A stretch of 64,000 nucleotides of DNA. Source: Candidatus Latescibacterota bacterium (GTDB lineage Bacteria > Latescibacterota > UBA2968). The notes beneath the pieces are model-generated. The model did not search any database. It was not told the DNA's origin and saw only the letters and a program-made list of their open reading frames with translations. The DNA lies in the NCBI GenBank assembly GCA_965198115.1, contig OZ240241.1, positions 6,496,001 through 6,560,000 of the forward strand. Reading direction: 5' to 3'. Shown here piece after piece: positions 61,067-64,000 of the stretch; the stretch's first letter is position 1; the number at the start of each line of letters is the position of its first letter. Made by a program: the position numbers and the translations under genes.

Positions 61067-62233
61067 ATGAAACGGGTCGCAGTGCTGGGGTCGACGGGCT
61101 CCATCGGGACGAATGTGCTGGACGTGATGGCAGCACTCCTGGATCGATTCGAGGTCGTCAGTCTGAGCGCGGGGCAGAACACAGATTCGCTCTGCAGGCA
61201 GGCGGAACGTTTCAGACCCCGCCGCGTCTGTGTGGGAGACGGCGCGGATTCGGTTCGTGCGCGTCTCGCCTCATCGGGAATCGAGGTACTCGAGGGCGAA
61301 GCGGGCCTGATCGATCTGGCCGAAGACCCGGACGTCGACCTCGTCGTCAACGGCCTGGTAGCCGGTGTCGGGATTCGCCCGACGGTGGCGGCCGTGAAGG
61401 CGGGGAAAGATGTCGCGACTGCGAACAAGGAGACCCTTGTCGTTGCCGGTCACCTGGTGACGGAGCTTGCGCGGAAGCACGGTGGCGCGCTCGTTCCTTT
61501 GGATAGCGAACTGACGCCGATCTGGCAGACGTTGGCACAACACACCTCACGGGATGTTCAAAGGATCGTCCTGCCGGCGTCGGGCGGTCCCTTCTTTTCG
61601 GCCTCGAAAGAGGAGATGGCCTCCGTGACCCCGGAACAGGCGTTGAATCACCCGACGTGGAAGATGGGTCCCAAGATCACGATCGATTCAGCGACTCTGA
61701 TGAACAAGGGGTTCGAGGTCATCGAGTCGCACTGGTTCTTCGGGCTGCCATCGACCAAGATCGATGTCGTGATTCACCGTCAGTCGATCGTCCACTGTCT
61801 GATCGAGTTCGTCGACGGGGGGCTGACGGCACATCTGAGCACGACAGATATGCGACTCCCGATCCAGCAGGCGCTCACCCATCCAGACAAGCTGGCCTCC
61901 CGCGTCGAACCTCTGGATCTGCTGGAAATCGGATCCCTCAGCTTCCACGCGCCTGACACCGAACGATTCCCGTGTCTCAGGTTGTGCTACGATGTGCTTT
62001 CCGCCGGCGGAACAGCCCCGGCCGTGCTGAATGCCGCCAACGAGGTCAGCGTGTCCGCTTTTTTGGACGAGCGCATCGATTTTTTGTCGATTCCACGAGT
62101 GGTCGAAGACGTACTCAATGCGCACGACCGTCAGCCTGGTGATACGTTGGATGCGATCTACGAAGCCGACGCGTGGGCGAGGGGCGAGGCGGTGGAGGTT
62201 GTGAAGACACTGACGGTAGACGGGGGACGGTAG
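61067..62233 (+). CDS. dxr: 1-deoxy-D-xylulose-5-phosphate reductoisomerase
   Basis: LGSTGSIG, ANKE, PLDSE, HPTWKMGPKITIDSATLMNKGFEVIE, LNAANE. Confidence 0.97.
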   Translation: MKRVAVLGSTGSIGTNVLDVMAALLDRFEVVSLSAGQNTDSLCRQAERFRPRRVCVGDGADSVRARLASSGIEVLEGEAGLIDLAEDPDVDLVVNGLVAGVGIRPTVAAVKAGKDVATANKETLVVAGHLVTELARKHGGALVPLDSELTPIWQTLAQHTSRDVQRIVLPASGGPFFSASKEEMASVTPEQALNHPTWKMGPKITIDSATLMNKGFEVIESHWFFGLPSTKIDVVIHRQSIVHCLIEFVDGGLTAHLSTTDMRLPIQQALTHPDKLASRVEPLDLLEIGSLSFHAPDTERFPCLRLCYDVLSAGGTAPAVLNAANEVSVSAFLDERIDFLSIPRVVEDVLNAHDRQPGDTLDAIYEADAWARGEAVEVVKTLTVDGGR

Positions 62234-62367
62234 ACGGTGAACGAACGCAGAAGACAGAGGTCAGAGGTCAGAAACGACTGCTTCGCCCCTTGGGGAAAGA
62301 CATTGGCAAAGGGGTACCTCACGAAATCACGAGGGTGTACCGGTGGGAGCGGTCTCCCGGCCGCGAA
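62215..62367 (+). repeat. Composite intergenic repeat module
   Basis: (GGTAGAC)-type and (CAGAGGT)n heptamers, GCTTCGCCC, ACCGGTGGGAGCGGTCTCCCGGCCGCGAA. Confidence 0.65.
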
Positions 62368-62402
62368 TCTTTGACGTTAGACGATGGAACAGGCGGTAGG
62401 CC

Positions 62403-62921
62403 GTGCGACGCGTTGCAGCATCCTGTAGCCTTCTGGTTTTGGCGCTTTCCATCGGGACGTTTCTATGGGTGTCCGTTGAGGCGCACGGGTTGCACATCAG
62501 CTTTGGAAAGTCAGAACTGACCGAACGCATCTTTACGGGGAAGGTGGTTTTCAATAAACTTGATTTCCAGGACGCCCTGAGCCGCTGGAACGATCAGACG
62601 CCGCTGATTGACTTGACGACCGATGAACGCGCGGGCCTGACGCTGAGATACCTCAAACGCCATTTGAAGGCGCGGGCGAATGGGCGTCAGGATCTGAAAC
62701 TCGAGCTTGTCGAACAGGGGGCAGGGGTTCAGACGATCTGGTTCCGATTCCGATTCGAGTCGGGAGAGCCGATCGATTGGCTCCAGGTCGAGCATCGATC
62801 GCTTTTCGCGGCCTTTCCAGATCAGGGAAACGTCCTGGAAGTTAAATCGGGCAGCAAGACGATGAACCATCTCTTCCGACCTTCGGCGCCAGCCCATCGG
62901 TTTGATCGAGACCGGGGTTGA
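62403..62921 (+). CDS. Exported DUF6702-like domain (N-terminal half of a HupE/UreJ fusion)
   Basis: Signal/TM segment then AH, YL..HL, LF..FPDQ.N; same frame as the next ORF. Confidence 0.6.
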   Translation: MRRVAASCSLLVLALSIGTFLWVSVEAHGLHISFGKSELTERIFTGKVVFNKLDFQDALSRWNDQTPLIDLTTDERAGLTLRYLKRHLKARANGRQDLKLELVEQGAGVQTIWFRFRFESGEPIDWLQVEHRSLFAAFPDQGNVLEVKSGSKTMNHLFRPSAPAHRFDRDRG

Positions 62922-62924
62922 TCC

Positions 62925-63476
62925 GTGTTCGTCGTCTTTCTGACGTTCGGGTTCGAGCACATCCTGGAGGGCTACGATCACCTGCTGTTTCTGTCGGGGT
63001 TGATCATCGTAGCCCGCGACTGGCGATCGCTTCTGGCCGTTATCAGTGCGTTCACCGTTGCGCATTCCACGACTCTGGTGTTGAGCGCTCTGGAAGTCGT
63101 GGCGCTCGACCCCAAATGGACGGAGACGTTGATCGCGGCGTCGATCGCCTACGTGGGCGTCGAGAATGTCGTGCTTCCGGAACAGCGTCATCGGTGGGCA
63201 GTCGCAGGTGGATTCGGCCTGATCCACGGCGCCGGTTTTTCGGGTCACCTGACCGAGCTCTTGAAAAGTATGCTCGATATGGGGACGATTTGGGGACCGC
63301 TGGTCGGCTTCAACCTCGGAATCGAGCTTGGCCAGATTTGCGTGATCGCCATCGCCGTTCCGATCATTTACGGGATGAGGGCCCTGGGGAAGTGGGACGT
63401 GCTCGTACCTGAACTGTCGCGGATGATTGCAGCTGTGGGTCTGTTCCTGGTGATACAGCGATTGTTCGAAATCTGA
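62925..63476 (+). CDS. HupE/UreJ family membrane protein
   Basis: GFEHILEGYDHLLF, AFTVAHSTTL, FGLIHGAGF, FNLGIELGQ. Confidence 0.88.
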   Translation: MFVVFLTFGFEHILEGYDHLLFLSGLIIVARDWRSLLAVISAFTVAHSTTLVLSALEVVALDPKWTETLIAASIAYVGVENVVLPEQRHRWAVAGGFGLIHGAGFSGHLTELLKSMLDMGTIWGPLVGFNLGIELGQICVIAIAVPIIYGMRALGKWDVLVPELSRMIAAVGLFLVIQRLFEI

Positions 63477-63565
63477 GTTCGAGGAAGGCAGTGGCAATGA
63501 GGGTTCGCGAGTCCTCGACGGCGTTTTGACTGCGACACCCCTGGTGTGCCAAACGCTTCTATCCT

Positions 63566-64000
63566 TTGGGAGGCATCAACATCCTTACGACTATAGTCTC
63601 ATTCCTTTTCGTGCTGGGCGTCCTGGTGTTCGTACACGAGCTCGGCCACTTTCTGGTGGCGAAGAAAGCGGGCATCAGGGTCGAGGAGTTTTCTCTCGGC
63701 TATCCCCCCAAAGCACTCGGCGTTCGGTATGGTGAAACCGAATACCTGATTTCCTGGCTCCCCCTCGGCGGCTATGTAAAGGTGGCCGGGATGTCCGACT
63801 TCGGGAAAGAACGCGCGAAGGGGGAGCCGTGGGAGTTTCAATCGAAGTCACGGTGGGTGCAGATGTCCGTGATGGCAGCGGGTCCGGCGATGAACTTCAT
63901 CCTCGCTTTCGTCATCATCCTGGGGATCCGGATCGGCTACGGTGAGTACGCGTATCTTCAGACGACGCGAATCGGCGTGGTCGAGGAGACATCGGCATTG
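63566..64000 (+). CDS. rseP: RIP metalloprotease RseP (3' end outside window)
   Basis: VFVHELGHF (HExxH), PLGGYVK, AGPAMN; syntenic with uppS-cdsA-dxr. Start is TTG 63566 or ATC 63581. Confidence 0.93.
   Translation, partial: MGGINILTTIVSFLFVLGVLVFVHELGHFLVAKKAGIRVEEFSLGYPPKALGVRYGETEYLISWLPLGGYVKVAGMSDFGKERAKGEPWEFQSKSRWVQMSVMAAGPAMNFILAFVIILGIRIGYGEYAYLQTTRIGVVEETSAL

Noticed and set aside
1-64000. CRISPR array, tRNA or rRNA genes
   Set aside because: No regularly spaced repeat-spacer series, cloverleaf or rRNA-like sequence was recognised by eye. A tRNAscan/Infernal run would be needed to fully exclude small RNAs.

Overview
GC-rich bacterial chromosomal window, with nearly all genes on the minus strand from 1 to 59.2 kb. 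The content suggests a Latescibacterota/Poribacteria-like lineage, which is an inference and not provable from the sequence: four PhyH-type dioxygenases, Gfo/Idh/MocA oxidoreductases, a sulfatase, a PQQ-like beta-propeller, a DUF6785-like membrane protein and five ~810-aa orphan MacB/FtsX-type permeases. The left ~50 kb is accessory and catabolic. It holds three IS elements with visible terminal IRs and target duplications (one ISL3, two IS256; one splits an ECF sigma factor), a ~105-bp MITE-like insertion, a sigma54 activator/isochorismatase pair with a consensus -24/-12 promoter, a NemR-like TetR/peroxiredoxin pair with two operators, and a vapBC-rtcB operon. The right end is housekeeping: addB-addA and uppS-cdsA-dxr-(HupE/UreJ insert)-rseP. 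About 15 frameshifts, in-frame stops or deletions fall in accessory genes, so either real decay or consensus errors are present. Intergenic DNA is rich in heptamer/nonamer repeats and REP-like palindromes, some in a recurring composite module. No rRNA, tRNA or CRISPR array was seen. No novel system can be proven. The best candidates are the recombining orphan-permease array with its intergenic module, the Cys-cluster GAF sigma54 sensor with an exported cysteine hydrolase, the vapBC-rtcB operon, and a GH32 lacking its acid/base Glu.
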